Positions 42,617 to 52,358 of a DNA stretch of 64,000 bases are shown in pieces; within the stretch, counting starts at the first letter, position 1, and the number at the start of each line of letters is the position of its first letter. Made by a program: the position numbers and the translations under genes. The notes under the pieces are model-generated. The model was not told where the DNA came from, made no database searches, and saw only the letters and a list, made by a program, of their open reading frames with translations. The stretch is from an uncultured Acidobacteriota bacterium (GTDB lineage Bacteria > Acidobacteriota > Vicinamibacteria > Vicinamibacterales > UBA2999). The stretch is from NCBI GenBank assembly GCA_963734635.1, contig CAVTIA010000002.1, positions 486,406-550,405 on the forward strand. The letters run 5' to 3'.

Positions 42617-43072
42617 CTATCGTCCGATGGTGATCGACTCGAGCTGCTCGCGTGCCGGTGTGAGATCGCTCTGGCCAGCGGGAAACTTGTTCAGCTCGAA
42701 CAGAAACGCGAGGAGGTCAGCATACTCCTGAGGAGAGAGCGTCTTGGGGCTTCCGACGGGCATGGTGCTCGCCATGGTTCCGTAAAGCTCCCACGCCGTG
42801 CGGCCATTCCACTTTTTCTGGAACGGCTCCCCCGCCACCGCCGGCGCCTCGGCATCGCCCTCTCGCTCGAGCGATTCGCCAGGGATGACCGGTACGGCCG
42901 CATGTCCCTGTCCGTTGTCCAGATGACACAGCACGCAGCGCTTTCTGTACTGTGCGCGCCCACGCGCGGCTTGATCGGTCGTGTACACGCCGTCCATGAC
43001 GGAACGTTTGCCAGGGGCCTGCGCTGCGCGTGCGGTACCGCCAACGGCAGCGGCCGCGACGAGGATCATCAC
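42617..43072 (-). CDS. secreted mono-heme c-type cytochrome
   Basis: CVLCHLDNGQG is the single CxxCH. The hydrophobic leader is VMILVAAAAVGG. The start (GTG at 43072 or ATG at 43069) is uncertain. Confidence 0.65.
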   Translation of the reverse strand: MMILVAAAAVGGTARAAQAPGKRSVMDGVYTTDQAARGRAQYRKRCVLCHLDNGQGHAAVPVIPGESLEREGDAEAPAVAGEPFQKKWNGRTAWELYGTMASTMPVGSPKTLSPQEYADLLAFLFELNKFPAGQSDLTPAREQLESITIGR

Positions 43073-43095
43073 AACAACGACACAGCCCGATTTTG

Positions 43096-43186
43096 CCGGG
43101 TCCAAAAGGACCCGGCCTACTTGCGAAAGAACCCGGCCGGCGCGACGCTCCCAATCACGCGTAGGGCGGGTCCTTTCGGACCCGCC
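43096..43186. repeat. REP-like stem-loops: a family C copy (43096-43120), a degenerate C copy, and a family D copy (43152-43186)
   Basis: ccgggtccaaaaggacccggcctac ... caatcacgcgtagggcgggtcctttcggacccgcc. Confidence 0.85.
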
Positions 43187-43200
43187 TCGACGATTGCGAA

Positions 43201-45084
43201 TCACCGACTGGCCGTCCGACTGGCGGTCTGCGTGGTCGGCGACGGCCACGGGTTCCCGGGCGGCCCGTACTGATAGAACGCGCCCAGGGTCGTGATCTTG
43301 TCCATATCCGGATAGAGCACGCCAATCGCCGGCATCTCGCGGCTTCCGCGCGGCGAATACCAGATGGCGCCTTCACGCGTCACCTGCACCTTGGGCGTGT
43401 CGGCGTCGAACTGCGGCTTCGGATAGAACGCCCACGTCTGGTTGCGCGGGTTGAACTTGCTGATGAGCGCCACGCGATCCGGTGTCGGAGAATCCGCGAA
43501 CCACATGTTGCCTTCCGGGTCAGGATTCACGTCGTACGGCTGCGCCGTCCAGAGCGGCACCGAGTACTCGGTGAAGCGACCCGTCGTCTGGTCCAGCTTT
43601 GCGAGCTTGCCCGGCCGGCGACCCTGATTCCAGATGGCCGCCCAGATGTTGTTCTGCGCGTCCACGTTCAGCCGGCGAATGTGGCCCGGGAACGTCAGCG
43701 GCGCAAACTCGGTCCACTGCTCGTTGATCGTGTCGAACTTGGCGATCTTCCCGGAGTTCCACAGCGCGATCCAGATGTTGTCGTTGCGGTCGGCAATCAC
43801 GCCGTAGGGAACGGCCCCGCGATCCGAAATCGGGTACACGGTGACCTTGCCTGTGGCGCGTTCCCACTTGCTGATCGCGCCGCCCATGATCCAGCCGACG
43901 TACAGGTTGCTCTTGGAGTCGAGCGCCATCGACTGCATCCACTTCATCTCGTTGCGGATGACGTTGTCGGGATCGCCGGGAATCTGGTGATCCCACTTTT
44001 CGGTCTTGGGATTGAAGCCGAGGATCCGCTTCTTCCCGGTCGGCTGGACCCCGGAATGCTCGGGCGCCCACACGATGCCGAACCGATCGATGGTGAGGTC
44101 GTGGTTACCGAGCTTCGCGCCATCGGGATAGAGGTAATCTTTCTGCTCGCCCGTGCGCGGATTCAGCTTCACCAGCCGGTGCGGGTATCCGCGGTCGGTC
44201 AGCCACACGTTGCCGTCGGCATCGAACCGGACGTCCTGCCCCCACCGGATGCCGCGTCCCTGCTTGGCGAATTCAGGCGAGCTGCTGCCGGTTCCCGGCG
44301 GATCGATCGGCAGGTAATACTCGATGAACATCGCCTTGCTGAGCGCCGCCTCGTCGAGCGGAACGTCTTTTTCCGCGCGGACGAAGCGCGGCTTGGCGTC
44401 GGGACCAAAGTTCTTCGTTACGTACGCAATGAATTCCTCGCGCTCCTTCCTGGCGAACGGAAACCACTGCACGCGTCCCGAGAGCGCCCCTTCGGTGTAC
44501 GACCGCGCATCGCGCTCAGGGAGTTCGGCGCCCATCATGTGGCCGAGGCGCGCGCGCCACACGTCTTCACTCGCCGGCCTGGCGGAGATGAAGTTCTCGT
44601 GGTGGCAACGCATGCAGCCCTGCTCGATCACCTCGAGACCGGGGCCAGCCGGATAGATTTCCGAATAGCGCGCGAACGTCACGCCATTCTGCGGAGCAGG
44701 CTCGACACCCTGGCCCGCCCGCATGGCGACACTCAGCTTGGCGTTCTCACCGGCCCGCAGCGCGACCTTCTGCACCTCGGACTCGAGCCCCTTCGCCTTG
44801 ACGCGCACTTCGTAATTGCCCGGGAAAAGGGCAAGGGATCGAAATGCGCCAGCGTTGGTGAACACCATATACGTGACGTTCTTGTCGGTGTTGCGGATGT
44901 ACACCTGCGCAGCCCTGAAGGCCTGCGGCGCGGTCACATTACCCGACAGACGCGCCAGCCCGGCAATCTCGCCGCGCTGCTGGGCAACAACAGTTGTGGC
45001 GCCCCAGCTGATGCTCAGGACATATACGGCACACAGGGCCAGGACCCCGACGATCACCCCGGTCAGAAACCGACGGCTGCTCAT
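43201..45084 (-). CDS. secreted three-part protein: carboxypeptidase-regulatory-like domain, a CxxCH heme-binding segment, and a Vgb/NHL-like beta-propeller
   Basis: The N-terminal VYIRNTDKNVTYMVFTNAGAFRSLALFPGNYEVRVKAKG is CarboxypepD_reg-like. EQGCMRCHHENF follows. Then come repeated blades: DADGNVWLTD, DRFGIVWAPE, DSKSNLYVG, DRNDNIWIAL, DAQNNIWAAI and DPEGNMWFAD. Intact 627-aa ORF with GGAGGA before the ATG. Confidence 0.7.
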   Translation of the reverse strand: MSSRRFLTGVIVGVLALCAVYVLSISWGATTVVAQQRGEIAGLARLSGNVTAPQAFRAAQVYIRNTDKNVTYMVFTNAGAFRSLALFPGNYEVRVKAKGLESEVQKVALRAGENAKLSVAMRAGQGVEPAPQNGVTFARYSEIYPAGPGLEVIEQGCMRCHHENFISARPASEDVWRARLGHMMGAELPERDARSYTEGALSGRVQWFPFARKEREEFIAYVTKNFGPDAKPRFVRAEKDVPLDEAALSKAMFIEYYLPIDPPGTGSSSPEFAKQGRGIRWGQDVRFDADGNVWLTDRGYPHRLVKLNPRTGEQKDYLYPDGAKLGNHDLTIDRFGIVWAPEHSGVQPTGKKRILGFNPKTEKWDHQIPGDPDNVIRNEMKWMQSMALDSKSNLYVGWIMGGAISKWERATGKVTVYPISDRGAVPYGVIADRNDNIWIALWNSGKIAKFDTINEQWTEFAPLTFPGHIRRLNVDAQNNIWAAIWNQGRRPGKLAKLDQTTGRFTEYSVPLWTAQPYDVNPDPEGNMWFADSPTPDRVALISKFNPRNQTWAFYPKPQFDADTPKVQVTREGAIWYSPRGSREMPAIGVLYPDMDKITTLGAFYQYGPPGNPWPSPTTQTASRTASR

Positions 45085-45120
45085 GATGCCTTCCTCCGCT
45101 CTACAAGCGCTTACAGTAGC

Positions 45121-45140
45121 GCGCAGGCTTAAGCCTGCGC
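45121..45140. repeat. REP-like stem-loop, family B (GCGCAGGC-TTAA-GCCTGCGC)
   Basis: Read directly, between receptor 2 and the beta-propeller gene. Confidence 0.85.
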
Positions 45141-45202
45141 TCTACGGGTGCGGGGCGCCAGGGATTTTGGGCACCCTGGCGACCCTCCAATCACGTGAAA
45201 TC

Positions 45203-48124
45203 CTACCAGACGAACCGGATCGCCAGCTCGGCCTGCTGCCGTGGATACACGGTATTCAGCGTGCCAAACGCATTCGACGTCGCATTCATCTGCCACGGCG
45301 TAGCCCCTACGCCGAGGCTGTCGGTGCCAAACAGGTTGAGTACCTGAAGGATGAGTTCGGCGCGGCGTGCGCCGCCCAAGCTCACCTGCTTGCTCACCCG
45401 CAGATCGAAGCGCTGGAACTCGTCGGTCATGAGCTGACTTCTCGCGATCGCCGCCAGCCCCCGTGATGCGCGCCAGGTGTTCACCAGTGCCAGCATCTCG
45501 GCATCGTTGCCGCGGTTGAAGACGTTCTTCGTCGTCCCCGGCACGTAGTCGGTCACCGCGCCGTCGGCGTTCAGATCGATGCCGGCGCGCGCGGGGAACG
45601 GCCGTGACGACCGGTAGTTCCACACCGCCCCCACGGTGATGTCGAACGGCAGCATCACCGCGCCGCTCGCCACCAGCGTGTGGCGCCGATCCTGACTGCC
45701 GTAGCCGTCGTCATACTCCGGATGGTAGAAGTCGACGACGGTGGCCCCCCCTGCCCCCTGAGTCCTCGTCCTTCGCCAGCGTGTAGGACACGAGATACTG
45801 CGTCCGGCCCGAAAAGCGCTTGTCGAGCCGCAGATAGAGCGCGCGATAGTCGCTTTCGCCCGCCGCGCGGTATTCGAGGATGTTCCCCCACGTCGGCAGC
45901 GGGCGCCGCCCGGTTATTGGATCGGGGGTATTGATGTTGGCAATCTGGTTCGCCTTCGTCTCCCTTGCTGAACACACCGTCCACGTGAATCGCCAGATTC
46001 GGTCGCAGCTCATGCGACAGCCCCACGTTGAGCGATGTCGACTCTGGCTGTTCAATCTCGTCGTCCGTGGTGCTGACGTTCGGCGTCGCTGACACCGTGA
46101 CGAAGTCTGCGGCGACAGTCCGCCATACGGATCCGGATACGACGGATTCCGGATGTTGACCTGGCTTTGGAGCAGCGCGTTCACCTCGTTGCGCAGGGTG
46201 TTGGCGAAGACGTTGCCGTAGTACTTGCCGGTGGCGAGGCGCGCCACCGTGCGCCCGTCGCTTCGCACGTCCCACGCCAATCCGAACCGCGGCCCCCAGT
46301 TGTCGTTGTCCGCACGCGAGTCCGGGTCGATGAGCTCGGCCAGCCGTGGCCGGCCGTCGAAGGTGATGTGATTGTTGAACGCCCGGTGCAGGTTCTCGTA
46401 GCGGAGCCCGACATCGAGCGTCAGGTTCGGCAGGACGCGCCACTCGTCCTGCACGTATGTCTGAATCCAGTCGGCCCGGAGATGCCGCGGCAGCGGCGGG
46501 AACGACGCGGTGAACTGAATCGGGGTTCGCAGGTTGCGAATCGACGCCGCGCTGCCGTCGAAGAACTGATCGGTGCCGAACGTCCAGGTCCCGATGTTGT
46601 GTGTCGACTCCTCATTCGAGCGGAAGCGCAGGAAGGCACCGCCCGCCTTCAACGTGTGTCCGCCCATACTGAGCGTGAGGTCGTCCGAGATGTCCCACCG
46701 CTCAGTCCTGTTGTTGCTGTAGCCGGTCGATCCCCACGTCAGGCTCGGGAAGACGTACACCGCGCCAGGGGAGCCCGCGATGGTGTAGGGCTCGAAGCGT
46801 TCGGCCGGGAACTCGCCGCGCTGGCTGGCAGGCCACCGCGGAATGCCGGGCGGGCTCCCGAGGTTCTCCAGGTGCGACGGCGGAAGCTGCGACCGGACCT
46901 CGTTCAGCACCCGTGAGCTGATCACCCACGTGTGCGCCGCCAGCAGCGAGTCGCGCGGCGAGTCCGTATCGGTGCCGGTATTGCCGGCCAGGCTCCCACC
47001 GCACTCCTCACAGAACGTGTACTCCTTGTCCCACAGATACCGCAGGAACACGTTCTGCTCGTTGTTCACCTGGAAGTCGCCCCGCAGCAGCAACTGCCGC
47101 CGCTCGTACCCGGCCGGGAGAGTTCCCCTCGACCGCCGAGTAGAACTGCGGCTGGCCGGTGCGCACCGTGACCGTCTTCGGCTCCTTCGTCCGCTCCAAC
47201 GCCGCGAAGAAATGGATCCGGTCCTGCACGATTGGGCCGCCGAACGCGCCGCCGTACTGATTGCGCCGGTACTCCGGCTTCGGGTCGCCACGGGTGTCGT
47301 GCTGCTCCTTCTCGAACTTGTCCATCGCGTTCAGGCTGGTGTCGCGGAAGAACTCGAAGACCTCCCCGTGGAACTCGTTCGTGCCGCTCTTGGTCGCCGT
47401 CAGCACCACGCCGCCGACCGCGCTGTACTGCGCCGACGAGCCGCTGATGTTCACGCGGAACTCGCGGATCCCCGACTGCGGCACCTCGAGGAATTCCTGC
47501 CCCGAGTTGTAGATCTGGTTCTGGCCGCCGTCCACGTACGAGGTCGTCAGGTTGGCGTTGGCGCCCCCGGCGCCGATCGTCGGCCGCGCTCGCCGCGTGC
47601 CGGTTGGCAGCTGCGTCCCAGGCATCAGCAGCGCCAGCGACCCGGCCTGACGGTTGGCAATCGGCAGCATCTCGATCTGTTCCTGCGTCACCACGCTCGC
47701 CACTTCGGTCTGTCGTCGTTTCGACGACGGGGGACTGCGCGGTGACGATCAACGCCTCCTGGATGCCTTGAAGCGACATCGTGAGGTTCTGCTGCACCGA
47801 GAGCCCGATGGTCAGCGCAAGGTTGGTGACTTCTGCCGTTGCAAAGCCACCAAGCTCGGCTGTCAAGCTGTAGCGGCCGGGCTGCAGTCCCGCCAGGCGA
47901 TACTGGCCGTCTGTTTCGGTGACGGTGGTCCGGACCGTGCCGGACTCGACGTTGCGCAGGGTGACGGTGACCCCGGGTAGAACGCCGCCTTGCGCGTCCG
48001 CGATCACACCGGTAATCACTGCGCTGGCTTCACCCTGAGCGGCGGCAGCAGCCGCCGTTCCCAATACGGAGACCAAGAGAAGGGTCGCAATCCGAAGGTA
48101 CCGACGTCCCGAGACAGCTGTCAT
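45203..48124 (-). pseudogene. TonB-dependent receptor with carboxypeptidase-regulatory-like domain (copy 2), about 5 frame changes
   Basis: Start ATG at 48124 after GGAGG. The pieces are MTAVSGRRYLRIATLLLVSVLG..ITGVIADAQGGVLPGVTVTLRNVESG (frame of ORF 47066..48961), VASVVTQEQIEMLPIANRQ..TKSGTNEFHGEVFEFFRD (ORF 47008..47703), LRGDFQVNNEQN...NPSYPDPYGGLSPQ (ORF 45711..47291), FVTVSATPNV..HVDGVFSKG (ORF 45655..46443), back to KANQIANINTPDP..YTLAKDEDSG, and then VVDFYHPEYDD...AELAIRFVW (ORF 45203..45673). Confidence 0.85.
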
Positions 48125-48286
48125 GAAACCTCCTCGACGAAACGGAAAAACGCCGCAGTGAACGCGCTGGGTCAGCCTAAAGGAGTAGGTCGATGGGCAA
48201 TGGCCGCGACCATCGCATAGGGCATGGGGTTTGTCAAGAATCGGATATGATGCCGGGCGTCCATCTCGCTCAAAGGAGTCGCTGTA

Positions 48287-48880
48287 ATGCGTACCTCTGC
48301 GGTTGTCATGGCGCTCGTCTTGGTTGGATTTACCGGTGCGGGGCGCTCGCCCGTCGTGCTCGGACAGACCGGCGCCGGCTGGGTAACGCTGTTCGACGGC
48401 AAGAATCTCGATCAGTTCGTCGCCACCGGTGACGCCGACTGGCACATCGTCGACGGCGTCCTGGAAGCCACGAAGGCTCGCGGCTTTCTCGTCTCCAAGC
48501 AGTCGTACACGGACTTCGAGCTGCGGGGAGAGGTCTGGGCGACAACACAGTCGAACGCCGGATTCCTCTTCCGCATCACGAATCCGAAGGACCCTGGGAT
48601 TGAGAACGGCTACGAGCTGAACATCAACGACGAGCGCAAAGACCAGTCGGGACGGACGGGCTCGATCGTCAACGTCGCGAAGCCGCTGGTGAAGTTCGAT
48701 TCCGGCGGCAAGTGGACGACGGTTGAAATCAGAGCGGTCGGACCTAAGATGACGGCGAGACTTGACGGAACGCTGACGGCGGAAGCGAGCGACGCCAAGT
48801 ACGCGCGTGGGCCCGTCGCGTTGCAGGCGGCGGGTGGGCTCGTTCGCTATCGGAATGTTCAGATCAGAGAAGTGAAGTAG
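48287..48880 (+). CDS. DUF1080 (3-keto-disaccharide hydrolase-like, concanavalin-type) secreted protein
   Basis: GWVTLFDGKNLDQFV...WHIVDGVLEA...YTDFELRGEVW...NAGFLFR...GYELNI...GPVALQ..G.VRYRNVQI is the typical DUF1080 pattern. Confidence 0.8.
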   Translation: MRTSAVVMALVLVGFTGAGRSPVVLGQTGAGWVTLFDGKNLDQFVATGDADWHIVDGVLEATKARGFLVSKQSYTDFELRGEVWATTQSNAGFLFRITNPKDPGIENGYELNINDERKDQSGRTGSIVNVAKPLVKFDSGGKWTTVEIRAVGPKMTARLDGTLTAEASDAKYARGPVALQAAGGLVRYRNVQIREVK

Positions 48881-48881
48881 A

Positions 48882-48901
48882 GCGCAGGCTTTAGCCTGCG
48901 C
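48882..48901. repeat. REP-like stem-loop, family B (GCGCAGGC-TTTA-GCCTGCGC)
   Basis: Read directly, in the convergent gap between the DUF1080 gene and the MBL-2 gene. Confidence 0.85.
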
Positions 48902-48923
48902 GAATCTTGCCGGTCCGGTCAAG

Positions 48924-50036
48924 TTAAGTAGAGCCTCGCCGGTACACCTTCGAGAATCCATTGCGGGCGTTCGTCACGGCGAACGTCCCGTCTTCCAGTG
49001 CTGACAGCTTGATCCAATACGCGCGGCCGTTGTGCGCCGGCGGCGGTGGCACGTTCGGACCGGGCTGCGGCAGCGGCATCGGCGCAACCGGCATCACGTC
49101 CTGCTGCTCGTCGATGCCGTTGGCGATGAACATACCGGGCGCGGTGTACTCCTGCCCGCTCAGCAGCGAGAAGTGCATCTGCCACAGGTCCTCGAATCCG
49201 GGCGACGAGTAGAGCGCTCTCATCACAGCGGGCAGCCCACCCTTGCGCGTGCCGTTGTTCATGATCGCCACGCGCGGCGCCACCGCGTGGACGAACAGCA
49301 CCGAGTTCGATGTGTCCTGCCCGTGATGCAGACCCAGTAGCGCGTCAACCGTGCCGAGGCGGTTCATCGGGCACACGAGCTCGAATTCCTTGTCGGTTGT
49401 GAGATCCCCCAGGTGCAGCGCGCGGAACCTGCCAAACGTGATGTAGCTGCCCACCGACTCGGGATCCTCGGGGATGGCATTCACGGGTGCCGGTCCGCTT
49501 CCGCACAACGGGTTGGCCCTGCCGGCATCAGGGAGCGGCGTGCGAATGACAGCACCGTTCGACGTCACGATGCGCACACCGATACCCGCAATCGGAATCG
49601 TGTCTCCAGGTTTGACGACCGTATGCTTCGCCTTCGCATACAGTTCTGGGTACACGCTCTGCAGGTACTTTTCCGTCGCCTCGTTCTTCTGCACGGTCGG
49701 TCCGTGATCGATGAAGTGGCGAATCGGGATGCGCGAGGCGAGTTCGGCAAGGCCGCCGTAGTGATCGCCGTGCCAGTGGGTGGTGATCAGGTGATCGATC
49801 TGACTGAGGCCGGCGTCTTTCGCGGCGTCAAAGATACGTCCCGCATCCCGAGCCGCGCCCATGCCGCCGTTGCCCGTGTCGATCAGAAGCGACTGACCGG
49901 ACGGAGACACGAAGAGCGTGGCGTTGCCACCCTCCACGTCGACGACATAGATGTCCAGCGTCTTCCCGCTGCGCGTCTGCGCCGCCACAAGCGCGGCACT
50001 CACGACGATCGTCACGAGACATAAAAATCGACGCAT
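48924..50036 (-). CDS. secreted MBL-fold metallo-hydrolase (copy 2, different subfamily from 36245..37243)
   Basis: Signal peptide MRRFLCLVTIVVSAALVAAQ. LDIYVVDVEGGNATLFVSPSGQSLLIDTG...LITTHWHGDHYGG (HxHxDH). The start was set at the ATG at 50036. Confidence 0.75.
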   Translation of the reverse strand: MRRFLCLVTIVVSAALVAAQTRSGKTLDIYVVDVEGGNATLFVSPSGQSLLIDTGNGGMGAARDAGRIFDAAKDAGLSQIDHLITTHWHGDHYGGLAELASRIPIRHFIDHGPTVQKNEATEKYLQSVYPELYAKAKHTVVKPGDTIPIAGIGVRIVTSNGAVIRTPLPDAGRANPLCGSGPAPVNAIPEDPESVGSYITFGRFRALHLGDLTTDKEFELVCPMNRLGTVDALLGLHHGQDTSNSVLFVHAVAPRVAIMNNGTRKGGLPAVMRALYSSPGFEDLWQMHFSLLSGQEYTAPGMFIANGIDEQQDVMPVAPMPLPQPGPNVPPPPAHNGRAYWIKLSALEDGTFAVTNARNGFSKVYRRGST

Positions 50037-50088
50037 CCTCGTAGTCCTTGAGCGTGGAGGTGAACGTCCTTCTGGACCCGGCGCGCTC

Positions 50089-50490
50089 CTATTGGCCCGG
50101 TCCGTTGATCTGCTGACCGGCAACCAGGAAGTTCCGTCCGTCAGCTGTCTTGACCGTCCGCCCGGCCATCGTCGTCGTGCCGTTTTTCGCGCGGAACCCT
50201 TCCACCGTCAACTCCGTCCCGATCGCAAGGTCCGTCTTTCGAACGCCGGCGCGCAGCAATGCCGTGGCGCTGCCCGCTTCGACGGCCCAGGTCTCGGTTT
50301 TTCCGTCTGGCCTCTTGACGTCGACGTGCAGCCAGCCGTGCGGGTTGACCCATTCGAGCTTGCTCAATGTCCCCTTCACGGTCACCGGCTTCTCGATGTC
50401 GAATTCCGCTGCGAACGAGTGATGCGCCGAGGCGGGCGCTGCGGCCCAGCACAACCCGACGCCCATAACCGCTGCAAGAAACTTCCTCAT
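50089..50490 (-). CDS. small secreted protein, DUF6152-like (mature N-terminus HHSF)
   Basis: The signal peptide ends ...APASA/HHSFAAEFD. The protein is 133 aa and beta-rich. The family name is from memory and should be verified. Confidence 0.55.
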   Translation of the reverse strand: MRKFLAAVMGVGLCWAAAPASAHHSFAAEFDIEKPVTVKGTLSKLEWVNPHGWLHVDVKRPDGKTETWAVEAGSATALLRAGVRKTDLAIGTELTVEGFRAKNGTTTMAGRTVKTADGRNFLVAGQQINGPGQ

Positions 50491-50508
50491 GGGACTGCCT
50501 CCGCGTTC

Positions 50509-51277
50509 TTAGGAATCAAAAGACTGACACTCGTAATCCAGGATTTGGAGGTTCTGCTCAATCCGGCGGTAGAACGGCATGCTCATCTTCCACGGTCTCG
50601 AAAAGACCTTGGGGTCGGTGACCGTGACTTCGTAATTGAGGTGATCGCGATCGAGCAGCGTATAGCGCTCGACGAGGTGCATCTCCTCACTGTGAAAATT
50701 GCCGGCGCGATCGAACCATGTGTCTGCGTTGAAATAAGTGACGTCGACGACAAGGGTGTCCCCTTCCCAGCGCCCACGAGAATCGCCGAGCGCCCATTCG
50801 ATCGGCCCTTCGGGATGCTCGCTGTTCAAGCGGATGTGACGAAGGCCGTTCGTACTCGAACAGCATGCCGATGTAGGTAGGCGTCTGGATGATCTGAAAC
50901 GGAAACGGCATGTACATGATGCGCGGGACGCCAGGCTGAAAGCACTTCGTTTCGGGGTCGGCCGTCAGGCGGTTCTTGAAGTTCTCGTTTCTCTTTGCGA
51001 GCGCCTCGGGCAAGTACGGCAGTTCGTTGCCTTCCACCACCGCCTGCCCCGCGGGAACGCCCTTCGCGGCAGAGTGATCCTGAATGTTCCAGGCAGCCGT
51101 GTTCAGCACCTGCCAGATCCCTGAAATGTCGGGCTTGCCGTCGGCGGTGCGCGGCAGCGAGCTGGTCGTGGCCGCCGGCGTCTGAGCGGGGACGCGGTTC
51201 ATCGAAAGCCACGCAACTCCCACCAGCACGAGCACCACGACGAGAGTGAGGGTAGTGCGACCGACTCGGCTTGTCAT
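50509..51277 (-). pseudogene. uncharacterised secreted protein, same family as 41790..42608 (paralog 3, short subtype), one frameshift near 50851
   Basis: ORF 50687..51277 gives LPRTADGKPDISGIWQVLNTAAW, LPYLPEALAKRNENF, KCFQPGVPR and MLFEYE. The continuation NGLRHIRLNSEHPEGPIEWALGDSRGRWEGDTLVVDV..TWFDRAGNFHSE..VTDPKVFSRPWKMSMP..LDYEC lies in the frame of ORF 50509..50829. Confidence 0.75.
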
Positions 51278-51287
51278 CTCGTCCCTC

Positions 51288-52245
51288 TCACTTTTGGAAA
51301 GCGCCGCGAGACCGTTTGCGTCCCTCGTCGGTGTACTTCAGGGCGGACTGTACGCCCTCCCAGCACCCCTGCTCCCACATTTCGTACTTCGGATTCGGAT
51401 TGCGACGCCATCCCCACGCCATCGTCCATGGCCGCGTGAAAACCTTGGCGTCTTCGATCGTCGCCGTGTAGTAGATGACGTCCTTGTCAATCATGGTGAT
51501 CCGTTCGACGACGTGCGCGTTCTGGCTGAAGAAGTTGCCGATGTGATCCATGCGTGGTTTCGGCCAGCTGGTTGGTCGCGTCGATGACCAGCGTGTTGCC
51601 CTCCCACCGGCCGCGTAAACTTCCTTGCCACAGCTTGATGTCCGGGCGGAGGTGTGGCCGCCCGTCCGTCGGGACAATCCTGTAGGTGTCCGCGTAGTCG
51701 TTGAGCATGAACACGTATCCAGGGGTCTGGACGACGAACTTGGTTGCCCCGTACCCGAATCGCGGGGCGCCGTCCGGCAGGCAAAACTGCCCCGCGTCGA
51801 GATACTTTTCGAAGTGGGCCTCGCGCTTGGCTGCGGCCCACGGCTGGTACGGAATCCTGCCGTCCGCCGGATCCACGATCGAGCTTCTGTCTCCGGAGCC
51901 ATCGATCGATTCCGGGTGCTCTTCGATGTTTTCCAGATTGCGTATGGCGATGCGGTTCCAGTAGCCCTGAAAGTCAGGTTTCCCGTCCGCGGTGCGCGGA
52001 GGGTTGAATGTCTTGGCCTTCTCCTGCGCGCAGCGGTGGAACGGCGCGGGCTCCTCGGGACACCCTCCGAACTCGCTGTACGGGCGTATCTTCGCGGGCG
52101 GCGATCCCGGTGGCGGCGATGCGAAAAGGCGCACGTGACTGACCGACCACGGGCCGCGATAGACCGGAGAGGATGAGAACGACTGATTGCGATGACAGAG
52201 GCACAGAGACAGGCAGACACGGAGGATTCGTGCCGCCGCACGCAA
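51288..52245 (-). pseudogene. uncharacterised secreted protein, same family (paralog 4, long subtype), one frameshift near 51553
   Basis: ORF 51487..52245 gives NPPRTADGKPDFQGYW, DGRIPYQPWAAAKRE, FCLPDGAPR and LRGRWEGNTLVIDATNQLAETT. The continuation MDHIGNFFSQNAHVVERI..TIEDAKVFTRPWTM lies in the frame of ORF 51288..52259. The start (TTG at 52245 or ATG at 52259) is uncertain. Confidence 0.7.
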
Positions 52246-52290
52246 GAGAGGCTTGCCATGTCTACGTCTCCTTCGAACTAGCCGGTACCA

Positions 52291-52358
52291 GTCCGGAAGC
52301 CTGAAGGCTTCCGGCTACCAGCGTAGCAGGCTAGCCGGAGACCTTCAGGTCTCCGGCT
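52291..52358. repeat. REP-like stem-loops, variant forms (GTCCGGAAGCC-TGAA-GGCTTCCGGCTAC and CCGGAGACC-TTCA-GGTCTCCGG)
   Basis: Read directly, between receptor 3 and paralog 4. Confidence 0.8.

Noticed and set aside
43681-45132. 483-aa ORF on the plus strand
   Set aside because: It is antisense to the intact beta-propeller/heme gene. It is a shadow frame.
48125-48961. Upstream extension of the 631-aa ORF 47066..48961
   Set aside because: The receptor 2 start is clearly the ATG at 48124, which has a GGAGG and a signal peptide. The extension is antisense to the DUF1080 gene.
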